This document shows, piece by piece, positions 24,780 through 33,646 of a stretch of 60,909 bases of DNA; positions within the stretch are counted from its first letter, which is position 1; each line of letters begins with the position of its first letter. The notes under the pieces are model-generated. The model ran no database searches. It had not been told where the DNA came from and saw only the letters and a list, made by a program, of their open reading frames with translations. Source of the DNA: an uncultured Gammaproteobacteria bacterium (GTDB lineage Bacteria > Patescibacteriota > Patescibacteriia > UBA9934 > GWF2-40-263); NCBI GenBank assembly GCA_964538435.1, contig CAZIDX010000008.1, forward strand, positions 1 through 60,909, in the 5' to 3' direction. The translations under genes and the position numbers were made by a program.

Positions 24780-25475
24780 ATGTTTGGCCCAAACGCACTT
24801 GGGGCCATCGGAATCCTGCTGAGCACAGACAAAGCAGACGCTCTCCCAAGAGTGATCTGCCTGGCCCAGGAGGTGGATGATGAGATGCGGCAGCTCGCTG
24901 CAAAGCGACTGTTCGCACAAGAAGACCGAGTGTTTCTCGTCACGCAGCAGGAGGCAGCAAATCTCCTCGCAGACAAGATGCGTCCCATCCTGGATGAGCT
25001 GGATGTCAGCCTGCGCAAGTTCTACGGTCCGATCCTGGATGTTCTCACTTGCGCAATCATGCAAATCGGCCCGCCCTGGTACCCAGACCTCCGGTTCCAA
25101 GACGAGCTCGAGTATCTGCGTGCGTTCGTGAGCCTTGCCAAGCAGTTCAGGATCACTCCGCAAGCGTTTAATGAGCAAGGGGTTCGCGCTCACCACCAGG
25201 CATTCCGCTATGTGACAACTCCCGAGCAGTACCGTCAAAGGATTCTGGACGCTATCGATCGCTCAGGTCCCCAGGTGATTCCGATGCTGCGTGCAAACCT
25301 CAGGAGAGACTGCGCAGCTCGTCTGGGTGTTCCAGAGTCAAAGCTTGGAACCTGGGATGAGGTGATCAACGAGAATGTATTCTGGAGTCTGCGCGCAAGC
25401 CTGATCCAGGAGATCGAAAAGAACATCCTCCGCATCTGGCCCGAAACCGCCCAGATCGGAACGCCCGAGGCCTAA
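24780..25475 (+). CDS. Hypothetical helical 231-aa protein (GC-rich islet gene)
   Basis: Longest protein-like frame in the GC-rich stretch, with a terminator overlapping the stop codon. I recognise no domain. The start is uncertain (see leader ORF 24714..24764). Confidence 0.5.
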   Translation: MFGPNALGAIGILLSTDKADALPRVICLAQEVDDEMRQLAAKRLFAQEDRVFLVTQQEAANLLADKMRPILDELDVSLRKFYGPILDVLTCAIMQIGPPWYPDLRFQDELEYLRAFVSLAKQFRITPQAFNEQGVRAHHQAFRYVTTPEQYRQRILDAIDRSGPQVIPMLRANLRRDCAARLGVPESKLGTWDEVINENVFWSLRASLIQEIEKNILRIWPETAQIGTPEA

Positions 25476-25534
25476 CCCAAGGCCTCTTTCTATTTGTAGG
25501 CAAAACGCCACGTTTCTGGTAGTATTCCTTTCGT

Positions 25535-26806
25535 ATGCGATATTCACAACTTTTCGGAAAAACAACAAAGTCTGCGCCACATGACGCTGACTCACCAAAC
25601 GCACGACTGCTCACGCAGGCCGGTTTTGTGCACCAGCTTATGGCTGGGGTGTACTCCTACCTCCCGCTCGGTCTTCGCACACTCGACAAAATCAAAGACA
25701 TCGTACGAGACGAGATGAACAAGCTCGGCGCAAACGAGATCTACATGCCAGCACTGCACCCAAAGGATGTGTATGACAAAACAGAACGCTGGGACAAGAT
25801 TGACGTACTCTTCAAACTCGAAGGGCATGGCGGAAAAAAGTACGCACTCGGTTCAACACATGAAGAAACAGTAACTCCACTTGTCCGCGACTACGTGCGT
25901 TCATACAAAGACCTCCCAATGGCTGTCTACCAGATTCAAGACAAGTTTCGCAACGAAGCGCGTGCCAAGTCAGGTCTCCTGCGCGGACGAGAGTTCTCAA
26001 TGAAAGACATGTACAGCTTCCACACAGACGAGGAAGATTTCAATAAGTTCTACGAAGGCTCAAAGCAGGCTTACCTGAATGTATTCAACCGCTGTGGACT
26101 TGATGCAAAGATCGTAGAAGCCGACGGGGGAGTGTTCTCACGCTTCAGCCACGAGTTCCAAGTAGAGACCCCGCATGGAGAAGACATCATCTTCACCTGT
26201 GACTGTGGATTCGCGCAGAACAAAGAAATCGTAGAGGTAAAAGAAGGTGACACCTGCCCAGCATGTAGCAAGGGAACCGTCCGCACAGAAAAAGCCATCG
26301 AGGTTGGAAACATCTTCCCACTCAAAACAAAATTCTCAGACGCATTCGATTTCAAAGTACAAGGAGCAGACGGAGAAATGATCGACATCCTGATGGGATG
26401 CTACGGCATCGGCCCATCACGCGTCATGGGATCAATCGTTGAGGTGCACCACGACGACAAAGGAATGGTCTGGCCAAAATCAGTCGCACCGTTCCACGTC
26501 CAGCTCATCACACTCCCAGGCAACGACCGTATCCAAGAAGTCGCATCCACGCTTGCAGATGATCTAGAAGCCGAAGGAGTCCAGGTGCTCTGGGACGACC
26601 GCGACACAAGAGCAGGGGAGAAGTTTGCAGATGCAGACCTGATCGGACTGCCACTACGTCTCGTTGTCTCAGACAAGACGCTCGCAGAAGATTCAATCGA
26701 GTGGAAAGAGCGGCGCGAGAGCGAAGCGAGACTCGTGAAACTCGATGCAATCGCAAGTGAGGTAAAAGAGTGGCTCGCAGCCCCAGACCACCTCACATCA
26801 CACTAG
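25535..26806 (+). CDS. proS: Prolyl-tRNA synthetase, short form without INS editing domain
   Basis: The N-terminus MRYSQLFGKTTKSAPHDADSPNARLLTQAGF is typical of ProRS. Class II motifs 2 and 3 (FRNEARAKSGLLRGREF; GCYGIGPSR) and an anticodon-binding C-terminal domain are present. The product is only 423 aa. Confidence 0.9.
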   Translation: MRYSQLFGKTTKSAPHDADSPNARLLTQAGFVHQLMAGVYSYLPLGLRTLDKIKDIVRDEMNKLGANEIYMPALHPKDVYDKTERWDKIDVLFKLEGHGGKKYALGSTHEETVTPLVRDYVRSYKDLPMAVYQIQDKFRNEARAKSGLLRGREFSMKDMYSFHTDEEDFNKFYEGSKQAYLNVFNRCGLDAKIVEADGGVFSRFSHEFQVETPHGEDIIFTCDCGFAQNKEIVEVKEGDTCPACSKGTVRTEKAIEVGNIFPLKTKFSDAFDFKVQGADGEMIDILMGCYGIGPSRVMGSIVEVHHDDKGMVWPKSVAPFHVQLITLPGNDRIQEVASTLADDLEAEGVQVLWDDRDTRAGEKFADADLIGLPLRLVVSDKTLAEDSIEWKERRESEARLVKLDAIASEVKEWLAAPDHLTSH

Positions 26807-26811
26807 ACATC

Positions 26812-26839
26812 AAAACCCGGCCACCAAGCCGGGTTTTTT
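26812..26839. terminator. Bidirectional terminator after proS
   Basis: aaaa-cccggc-caccaa-gccggg-tttttt. Confidence 0.7.
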
Positions 26840-26882
26840 GTATTCGAAAAGAGGTGCTGCAAGACACCTCTGCGTGGTTGAG

Positions 26883-27086
26883 CTAACGCTCGAAGTTCTT
26901 GCGACCGCTCTTTGCGTTGCACAGATCGCAATCGGTGAAAGTGCAGCCTTCACACGGATCGCTGCTGCGAGGGGGGTCGTAGTCACGGGAATCCTCTTCC
27001 TCGTCGCGTCCTCCGCCAGAACCGCTGGCAGCAACGGCTCCGAGGCCAAGGAGAATTCCGATTCCGGTGCTGACGGGATCGGGCAT
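26883..27086 (-). CDS. Small (67-aa) protein with a hydrophobic Gly-rich N-terminus, an acidic linker and C-terminal CxxC-x4-CxxC
   Basis: ATG at 27086 is preceded by AAGGGAG and lies downstream of the promoter at 27133-27161. Sequence: MPDPVSTGIGILLGLGAVAASGSGGGRDEEEDSRDYDPPRSSDPCEGCTFTDCDLCNAKSGRKNFER. Confidence 0.4.
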   Translation of the reverse strand: MPDPVSTGIGILLGLGAVAASGSGGGRDEEEDSRDYDPPRSSDPCEGCTFTDCDLCNAKSGRKNFER

Positions 27087-27132
27087 GATGTGCTCCCTTG
27101 GTTGTGTTACCAAATCATTTGGCAACACCTTC

Positions 27133-27161
27133 AACATAGATGATGCAACCCAACATGTCAA
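27133..27161 (-). promoter_or_regulatory. Promoter of the 26883..27086 gene
   Basis: On the minus strand: TTGACA (27161-56), 17 nt spacer, TATGTT (27138-33). Confidence 0.55.
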
Positions 27162-27171
27162 AAGAGATTAC

Positions 27172-27199
27172 TTGACAAACCCATTTTTTATGCTACGCT
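27172..27199 (+). promoter_or_regulatory. Promoter of a short transcript (27205-27355)
   Basis: TTGACA (27172-77), 16 nt spacer, TACGCT (27194-99). It sits back-to-back with the minus-strand promoter. Confidence 0.45.
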
Positions 27200-27209
27200 T
27201 AGTCCAGAT

Positions 27210-27305
27210 ATGAATAACAGAAAGCACTACACGAATATGTTCCAGCCGCTCGCATCAGGTATTGATTGCGTGCAGCTTTTGCATTTCCGGGTAGTGATGT
27301 TCTGA
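27210..27305 (+). CDS. Candidate 31-aa peptide (MNNRKHYTNMFQPLASGIDCVQLLHFRVVMF), or the non-coding body of a small RNA
   Basis: This is the only ORF between the promoter at 27172 and the terminator at 27333-27355. It has no SD. The ATG lies about 5 nt from the predicted TSS, so the mRNA would be nearly leaderless. Confidence 0.2.
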   Translation: MNNRKHYTNMFQPLASGIDCVQLLHFRVVMF

Positions 27306-27332
27306 TAGAGATTTTTTAATCAGACCAGAATC

Positions 27333-27355
27333 AACCCGGGAAACCGGGTTGTTTT
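27333..27355 (+). terminator. Intrinsic terminator with GAAA tetraloop
   Basis: aacccgg-gaaa-ccgggtt followed by gtttt. Confidence 0.65.
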
Positions 27356-27430
27356 AATTCGTAGCACAAAATTGAACGATCGTGACCTCACGTTCGGTTG
27401 GTTTTGTGCACCCTAACCACGAGGTGACGT

Positions 27431-28606
27431 ATGGGTGCAAGACGCACATACTATCTGTTCACAGCTCTCTGTGGACTCGGCATGGCAGCAACCGCAACAG
27501 CCTACACACCCTTCCTGCAAACCCTCGGGCTAACGCTTGGAGAGATCGCGCTCGTCAATGCGATCTTCTGGGCCACGCTGATCGCTGCAGAGATGCCGAC
27601 CGGCATGCTCGCTGATGGAAAGTCCAGGGCCTGGTCGCTTCGCTGCGGTGTGGTGTTCTATGGAGCAGGCGCGCTCGCATATCTGTTCGCAATCGGATTC
27701 TGGTCTGCTGTCTTCGCTGAGATACTGATCGCTGTGGGGGGAGCCTTCCTCTCTGGCGCGCAGCAAGCCTGGATCGCAGATGCGCTCGCGCGCGAAGGAG
27801 CAAAAGATGAGCTCCGAAAAGTGTACGCAACCGATTCTGTAATCCGAGGAACCATCATGGTGTTCGGAGGATTTGCTGGCTCTGCAATCGCGCTCACATT
27901 CGGCTACAGGTTTATCTGGGTGCCATTCATCTTCACAGGAGCAATCGCGTTCTACGTTGCAAAACGATTCATGAACGGCAAAGGCGAGCCACTTGAGTAC
28001 GTAACCGAACTCCAAGCGTTCAAGCTCAGCCTCAAGCTCCTAAGAGAAAGCCGCGCGCTCCTCTGGGTGGTCGCAGCTCTCATCGTGTTCGGTGCAGTGG
28101 TCGCATTCAATCACTACTGGGCGCTCTACTTCCTGCCACAAGTAGGGCAGTGGAACTTGTCGTACTTCTGGGTCGCGATCTACGTCGGGTTCGTGCTCGC
28201 TGGCATGCTCGCTCGCAAGCTAACGATCCCGCTCGGGCAAGAGGCAAGGCTCATTGCGCTCGCACTCGCGCTCACAGGGCTCGGTCTGCTCGCCGCAGCT
28301 TCTCCGTATCTCGGAATTGCAGCCAGCGGCGTAGTCCTCCACGAGTTTGGTCGAGGGTTCTTCGTGCCCCTCACCGACAGCTTCGTGCAGCACCGCGTGC
28401 ACACCAGCTACAGAGCCACCTTCGGCTCCCTCCAGTCATTCCTAGGACGCATCGGCTTTGCCATCGTCCCATTCATCGTCTGGATCGGTGTGGAAGGCAA
28501 GCCAGACTCCCCAGAAACGATCTCAATCGTCTGGATGATCTGCGCAGCCTTCATCCTGCTCGGAGCCGCCGTGCTCTACCTAGTCCGCCCAAACGGCCGT
28601 GACTAA
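27431..28606 (+). CDS. MFS transporter (moderately GC-rich)
   Basis: 391 aa with about 12 TM helices. A GAGGTGA SD precedes the ATG. The loop motif GMLADGKSR resembles MFS motif A. Confidence 0.7.
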   Translation: MGARRTYYLFTALCGLGMAATATAYTPFLQTLGLTLGEIALVNAIFWATLIAAEMPTGMLADGKSRAWSLRCGVVFYGAGALAYLFAIGFWSAVFAEILIAVGGAFLSGAQQAWIADALAREGAKDELRKVYATDSVIRGTIMVFGGFAGSAIALTFGYRFIWVPFIFTGAIAFYVAKRFMNGKGEPLEYVTELQAFKLSLKLLRESRALLWVVAALIVFGAVVAFNHYWALYFLPQVGQWNLSYFWVAIYVGFVLAGMLARKLTIPLGQEARLIALALALTGLGLLAAASPYLGIAASGVVLHEFGRGFFVPLTDSFVQHRVHTSYRATFGSLQSFLGRIGFAIVPFIVWIGVEGKPDSPETISIVWMICAAFILLGAAVLYLVRPNGRD

Positions 28607-28610
28607 GCAA

Positions 28611-28638
28611 AACAACCCTCGTACGTGAGGGTTGTTTT
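28611..28638 (+). terminator. Intrinsic terminator after the MFS gene
   Basis: Stem aacaaccctc / gagggttgtt with loop gtacgt, followed by tt. Confidence 0.65.
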
Positions 28639-28664
28639 CAATAAGAAAACCTGATCAAGATTGA

Positions 28665-29174
28665 TCAGGTCGTATAATGTTTTCCCGCCAGAAGCTCGGC
28701 AGAGCGGCGCTCGGTCCACTCCAGGGCCTCTTGCTCGGTCCCAAAGGCGGCAAAGAGCAGGCTGTAGAGCGGGACACCCTCGTGTTCGCTCCCGTCCGGC
28801 AGGATCAGGTGGTCATGCTGCGGGTCAGGATCGCCCTCACGAAGAAACAGGGGGCCGAACTGATGCCAGGTAGCAAGCACGCAAGGTTCCATGTTCTCGT
28901 ATCCGCGCTCACCAGGCCTAAGCCAGGTGACCCACAGACCACACTTTTCGATAGTGATTTCATGCGCAGCTGGAATCACGGCGGTCACAGGCTTGCGGCT
29001 GCTGTGACGACAGTTCTTGATACCACCCATCACATCAGCTTTGATCACACCCACCCAAGCTCGTGCCTCCTCTCGCGCTCGCACAGGCCTGACATAGTGG
29101 TAGTCGAACATGACCTCCGAATGCACGCGGTGGATCTTCCGAAGAAGCTCAAGCTCTTTTCTTGTTCGTGCCAT
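28665..29174 (-). CDS. Hypothetical 169-aa protein (GC-rich islet gene)
   Basis: ATG at 29174 is preceded by GGGAGGTGAG. The stop codon lies inside a terminator hairpin (28650-28669), followed by gttttcttattg. I recognise no domain. Confidence 0.5.
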   Translation of the reverse strand: MARTRKELELLRKIHRVHSEVMFDYHYVRPVRAREEARAWVGVIKADVMGGIKNCRHSSRKPVTAVIPAAHEITIEKCGLWVTWLRPGERGYENMEPCVLATWHQFGPLFLREGDPDPQHDHLILPDGSEHEGVPLYSLLFAAFGTEQEALEWTERRSAELLAGKHYTT

Positions 29175-29290
29175 TTCTCACCTCCCACCTTAAGTATTCC
29201 TTCAGAAGGCACATGCAACCAGACCAACTGTCTAATTTTCAGACAACAAAAAACACCCTGATTCATCAAGGTGTTTTTAAATCTTTGGTT

Positions 29291-29581
29291 TTAGATCTCT
29301 CGCTTTCCTTTCAGAGTATCCTTTAGCGCCTTTCCAGCTTTAAACTTTGGAACAAGCACAGATGGAATCTGAATCTTTTCTGTTGGATTTTGAGGATTTA
29401 CTCCGATTCGACCCTTACGCATACGTGCGCTAAAGGTTCCAAACCCTGCAATGGTGACTTCTTCACCATGAACGAGGGCTCGAGTAACAATCTCTTCAAA
29501 ATACTCAACGAAATCTTCGGCAAGCTTTTTTGAGATATCGAGTTTGTCCGCAAGACGTGCGGCAAGTTCTGCTTTGTTCAT
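29291..29581 (-). CDS. hup: DNA-binding protein HU
   Basis: MNKAELAARLADKLDISKK... plus the beta-arm RMRKGRIGVNPQNPTEKIQIP. 96 aa. Confidence 0.9.
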   Translation of the reverse strand: MNKAELAARLADKLDISKKLAEDFVEYFEEIVTRALVHGEEVTIAGFGTFSARMRKGRIGVNPQNPTEKIQIPSVLVPKFKAGKALKDTLKGKREI

Positions 29582-29639
29582 ACAAGTAGCTATAAATAAT
29601 CTGCACTAAATATAGCAAAGAAAACGATATTTGTCAAGT

Positions 29640-31202
29640 CTACTTTGCGTATTCAACCACTCGAGTCTCACGAATAACCGTGACCTTGATCTCACCTGGA
29701 TAGCTGAGTTCTGACTCGATTTTGTTTGTAATATCCTTTGCAAGCTTATATGCCTGGAGGTCATCGATCTGCTTTGGATTGATAAATACCCTAATCTGAC
29801 GCCCAGCCTGGATGGCATAGGTCTTTTCAACACCTTCAAACGTACTTGCTGTGCGCTCAAGCTCCTCCATGCGTTGAATGAACTGCTCCAGAGACTGCTT
29901 TCGAGCTCCAGGGCGCGCTCCGCTAATAGCGTCAGCTGCTTTGATGATGGCACCCTCAATAGTCTTTGGCCGATCCTCATGGTGAGCAATCGACTGGTAA
30001 CAAATTTCTTCAGGGAAACCAAACTTCTTCATGATGTTATATCCGATCTCAGGATGCGCTCCTTGCATGTCGTGATCAACGGCTTTTCCAATGTCGTGGA
30101 AGAGCCCACCCTTTTTACACACAAACACATCAGCTCCAAGCTCCTCACCAATCATTCCAGCAATAAGTCCAACTTCCATTGAGTGCTGTAGCGCATTCTG
30201 GCCATAGCTCGTTCTAAAGCGCATGCGTCCAAGAATAGAAACAAGCTTTGGATCAACAGAAGACACGGGAATACCAAGTTGATAAAGAGCTTCCTCTCCA
30301 AACTTACGCAGATCCTTTGCCAAACTCTTTTTGGCATCATGGATAGATTCCTCAATGCGAGCCGGATGAATACGCCCGTCTTTGATAAGCGCATCAAGCG
30401 CACGCTTTGCAACCTGACGTCGGATAGGCGAGAACCCACTGATTGTGATCATCTCTGGTGTGTCATCAACAATGATCTCAGTTCCAGTTAAAAGCTCAAT
30501 AGCCTTAATGTTTCGCCCTTCCTTTCCAATCACACGCCCCTTCATCTCGTCATTTGGAAGGTTTACGGATGTGGTGGTTGTGTCAGTGGAAACAGATGAA
30601 GCGAATCGAGTGAGGGCAAGTGACAAGAGTTTGCGAGACTGCTTTTCAATCTCGTCCTCATTATCCTTTTCAAGTTTGCGAATGCGGCTCATGAGCATTT
30701 CCTCTGAATCTCTCTCCACAAGTCGCAAAAGATGCTCCTGTGCCATGGCTTTGTCCATGCCAGCAATCTCTTGAAGCTTGTCAGCTTGTTCCTGCTTGAT
30801 TGCGCGAACACGATCCTTTAGCTCCTCAAGCTTTTTTGCCTTCTCTTCGATCTTGTTTTTTCGATCTTCGATTTCAATGATCTTCTTATCAAACATGGAC
30901 TCCCTTTTTTCTAGTCGTCGCTGTTGATCCTGAAGGTCACGCCTTCGAGATTGTTCATCTCGCTTTGCATCATCAAGGATCTTCATGGCCTTATCTTTGG
31001 CCGAGAGAAGAACCTCTTGATGTTTTGATTTTGCGTCTTGGAGTACGTCTTGGTGCTTTTGCTTTGCATCCGAGATCAGCTTTTCAGCACGATCTTCTGC
31101 CTGGTCAATAGCTTTCCTGGCCTGAGCCTTTCGAAAGAAGTATCCCAGCACAGCACCGATAACCATTGCTCCAACACCTAGTAATATGGTTTCAAATGAC
31201 AT
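29640..31202 (-). CDS. rny: Ribonuclease Y
   Basis: N-terminal TM helix, long coiled coil, KH domain (VIGKEGRNIKAIE) and HD domain (LFHDIGKA...HHED). Confidence 0.9.
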   Translation of the reverse strand: MSFETILLGVGAMVIGAVLGYFFRKAQARKAIDQAEDRAEKLISDAKQKHQDVLQDAKSKHQEVLLSAKDKAMKILDDAKRDEQSRRRDLQDQQRRLEKRESMFDKKIIEIEDRKNKIEEKAKKLEELKDRVRAIKQEQADKLQEIAGMDKAMAQEHLLRLVERDSEEMLMSRIRKLEKDNEDEIEKQSRKLLSLALTRFASSVSTDTTTTSVNLPNDEMKGRVIGKEGRNIKAIELLTGTEIIVDDTPEMITISGFSPIRRQVAKRALDALIKDGRIHPARIEESIHDAKKSLAKDLRKFGEEALYQLGIPVSSVDPKLVSILGRMRFRTSYGQNALQHSMEVGLIAGMIGEELGADVFVCKKGGLFHDIGKAVDHDMQGAHPEIGYNIMKKFGFPEEICYQSIAHHEDRPKTIEGAIIKAADAISGARPGARKQSLEQFIQRMEELERTASTFEGVEKTYAIQAGRQIRVFINPKQIDDLQAYKLAKDITNKIESELSYPGEIKVTVIRETRVVEYAK

Positions 31203-31449
31203 AAAAACTTCTCAGTACACTGAGAAGCCAACAATCCTTTCTGTGAAAGGTGTGCAAGATTTGGGATTTCAAAAACGCGTGTTTTTACAACAAATCTTCC
31301 TCGAAAATCAAGGAAGGTAATAGTGAAATTGAGAGATTCCAAGCGTTTTTTGACATAATATGCTCGTCCCTGAGATCTTGCTTCGGCTTCGTCTAGTGCT
31401 TCTTTAACAAATAGTTACATCCGAAGGTTAGCAAAGAAACCCTCTTGTG

Positions 31450-32154
31450 TCAAAGGGTGGGAGAGAGTTGTTCAAGCACTTTTTCAACGGGAAAAAGATG
31501 CTCTGCAACGTTCTCGCTTGAGAGTCGATCTAACGTTTGTGCATCGTCAATCGAAAATGTTCCAATTTTTGTGCGTCGAAGCTCCTCAACATACCCGCCA
31601 CCACCCAGGTCCTTTCCAATATCCCGAGCAAGCGCACGAATATAGGTTCCGCTGGAGCATTCAATCGTTACAGCGATCCTATCTTCACACATGGGGAACT
31701 GCGCATCCATGCGATACACAGTCACGCGCCGAGGCTTGACCTCGAGCACCTCTCCTTTGCGCGCAGCCTCATACATCTTCTGTCCCTTCACCTTTATGGC
31801 GCTGTACGCAGGAGGAATCTGCTCAATCACACCAGTGTAGCTTTCAAACACGGCTCTGATTTCTTTTTCACCAACACTGTCAATCGGTGCTGGAGTGATT
31901 TCACCTTCCCTGTCGTCTGTATCAGATTGCGCACCGAACATAAACACAGCCTCGTACGTCTTATCAAGCCCAACGAGTTTCTGCATCTCCCGCGTTGCAG
32001 GGCGGCCAACACCAACAATCAGAAGCCCAGTTGCAAACGGGTCTAGTGTGCCAGCATGCCCAACCTTTCGAATACCAGTCACGCGCCGAACACGATCAAC
32101 AACATCATGGCTCGTCATGCCAGCGGGCTTGTCGATAAGTAAGAATCCTTCCAT
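31450..32154 (-). CDS. truB: tRNA pseudouridine-55 synthase TruB
   Basis: LLIDKPAGMTSHDVV and catalytic GHAGTLDPFATG motifs. Confidence 0.9.
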   Translation of the reverse strand: MEGFLLIDKPAGMTSHDVVDRVRRVTGIRKVGHAGTLDPFATGLLIVGVGRPATREMQKLVGLDKTYEAVFMFGAQSDTDDREGEITPAPIDSVGEKEIRAVFESYTGVIEQIPPAYSAIKVKGQKMYEAARKGEVLEVKPRRVTVYRMDAQFPMCEDRIAVTIECSSGTYIRALARDIGKDLGGGGYVEELRRTKIGTFSIDDAQTLDRLSSENVAEHLFPVEKVLEQLSPTL

Positions 32155-32174
32155 ATATCTTGTAGTCTACAAGG

Positions 32175-32203
32175 TTGACGCCTTTTATCAAATCAGATTA
32201 AGT
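32175..32203 (+). promoter_or_regulatory. Promoter of the 32241 MFS gene
   Basis: TTGACG (32175-80), 17 nt spacer, TTAAGT (32198-203). Confidence 0.5.
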
Positions 32204-32240
32204 GCAAGCTCGGTCAATAAGCCAACAAAACGGAGAAACC

Positions 32241-33437
32241 ATGAAGAGTAATGTCTCGCGGAATCCGCGCTTGCTCTTCTGGGGAAGAGCGTTCTTTGAG
32301 ATCAAGATGATGACAGCCGTCACTGTCTTGTTTTACCTCAGCCGCGACATGTCGCTCGAGCAAGTGTTCTACATGAGCATTGTTTGGTCCATTGTCGCAA
32401 TTGCAACAGAGGTGCCGTCTGGGTATCTCGCAGACAAGATTGGTCGCAAGCGCACGCTCATCCTGGGTGTGCTGCTCATGCTTGGGGCGCACATCGCAAC
32501 CTTGATTGCATATGGACCGTGGGCATTCGCCGGAATCTTTGTGCTCATGTCTGCATCCTTTTCCTGCTTCTCAGGAACAGATGAAGCACTTTTGTACGAG
32601 AGTCTCAAAGAAATCGGCAAAGAAGAAGAGATGACCAAGCACAACGGTCGCCTCATGTCAGCGCGAACCATCTTCAAGCTCTTCATCCCACTCATCGGGG
32701 CATTTGTCGCACGCGATCTTCTCGATTGGCAGTTCCAACTGCTCATCTGGGTAAACATCGCCGCCGTCCTGCTCTCTCTTGCGTTCCTTCTAAGGCTGGT
32801 GGAGCCGAAGCGAATAAAAAGCGTGTTCAGCGCTGAGCTAGGTGTCTTCCGTCAAAGCATCGACACAATCCGAAACCATCCATGGCTCCTCAAGGCATCG
32901 CTCAACAAGATCCTCATCTTTATCGCAGTCTTCATCACATGGCGCATCTACCAACCCCTGCTTGCAGAGTCTGGTATGAGCATTATGTGGCTCGGAGTGT
33001 TTGACGTCATTGGTTACATCATTCTCACATCAATGCGTTGGAATACTGACGTGCTGGTGAAGTGGTTTGGTGCTGCGCGTTACATTGCTCTCACAGCGTG
33101 GATAGGTGTTGCGTTCTTAGTCGTGAGTATTCTGGCAACAAACCTGTGGCTCGATTTTGTAGCGCTCGCGCTTGTAATAGGAGTGATAAGCGGACGCGAA
33201 CCAGCATTTGCACACGCGATCAACCAGCGAATCGAATCGCGATCTCGAGCCACAACGCTCTCAAATCTCAACATGATCAAGAGCGTGCTCGACATCCCCA
33301 TCTTCATTGTCGTAGCTCAGTTGACACTATATGGATACGACACTGTGCTCATGCTCGCAGCATCTCTATGTGTGATCACACTCGTACTCCTACCGCTTCG
33401 AGAGCACGAACTTAAACCACTAGCTGCTTCTGGCTAG
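32241..33437 (+). CDS. MFS transporter (backbone GC)
   Basis: ATG at 32241 lies after GGAGA, because the track start at 32202 is GTG. Motif A-like GYLADKIGRKRT. About 12 TM helices. Confidence 0.7.
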   Translation: MKSNVSRNPRLLFWGRAFFEIKMMTAVTVLFYLSRDMSLEQVFYMSIVWSIVAIATEVPSGYLADKIGRKRTLILGVLLMLGAHIATLIAYGPWAFAGIFVLMSASFSCFSGTDEALLYESLKEIGKEEEMTKHNGRLMSARTIFKLFIPLIGAFVARDLLDWQFQLLIWVNIAAVLLSLAFLLRLVEPKRIKSVFSAELGVFRQSIDTIRNHPWLLKASLNKILIFIAVFITWRIYQPLLAESGMSIMWLGVFDVIGYIILTSMRWNTDVLVKWFGAARYIALTAWIGVAFLVVSILATNLWLDFVALALVIGVISGREPAFAHAINQRIESRSRATTLSNLNMIKSVLDIPIFIVVAQLTLYGYDTVLMLAASLCVITLVLLPLREHELKPLAASG

Positions 33438-33495
33438 CAAAACGACACTCACCACCAGGTGGGTGTTTCTATTTATCCCGACCAAGGCGTCGGGA

Positions 33496-33524
33496 TTGAC
33501 AAATTCGTCTTTTTTAGCTACAAA
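33496..33524 (+). promoter_or_regulatory. Promoter of the 33647 gene
   Basis: TTGACA (33496-501), 17 nt spacer, TACAAA (33519-24). A perfect 7-bp hairpin tcccgac-caaggc-gtcggga abuts the -35 box. Confidence 0.5.
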
Positions 33525-33646
33525 TCATTTCTAATTTGGACGCAGCGCAAAGGATCTACAAGGATCTTTCGCGTTGCGACTAAGGTTTGCTGATTGCGTA
33601 AAGAGGCGCAGGCTCAACACTCCGACGCACAGAAAGGTGGTCAGTC

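Noticed and set aside
26810-27143. ORFs 26810..27049(-) and 26838..27143(+), and the full-length 26883..27161(-) ORF.
   Set aside because: The first two have no SD and cross the terminators. The 92-aa version of the minus ORF starts upstream of its own promoter's -10 box. Only the internal ATG 27086 with an AAGGGAG SD is consistent with the promoter geometry.
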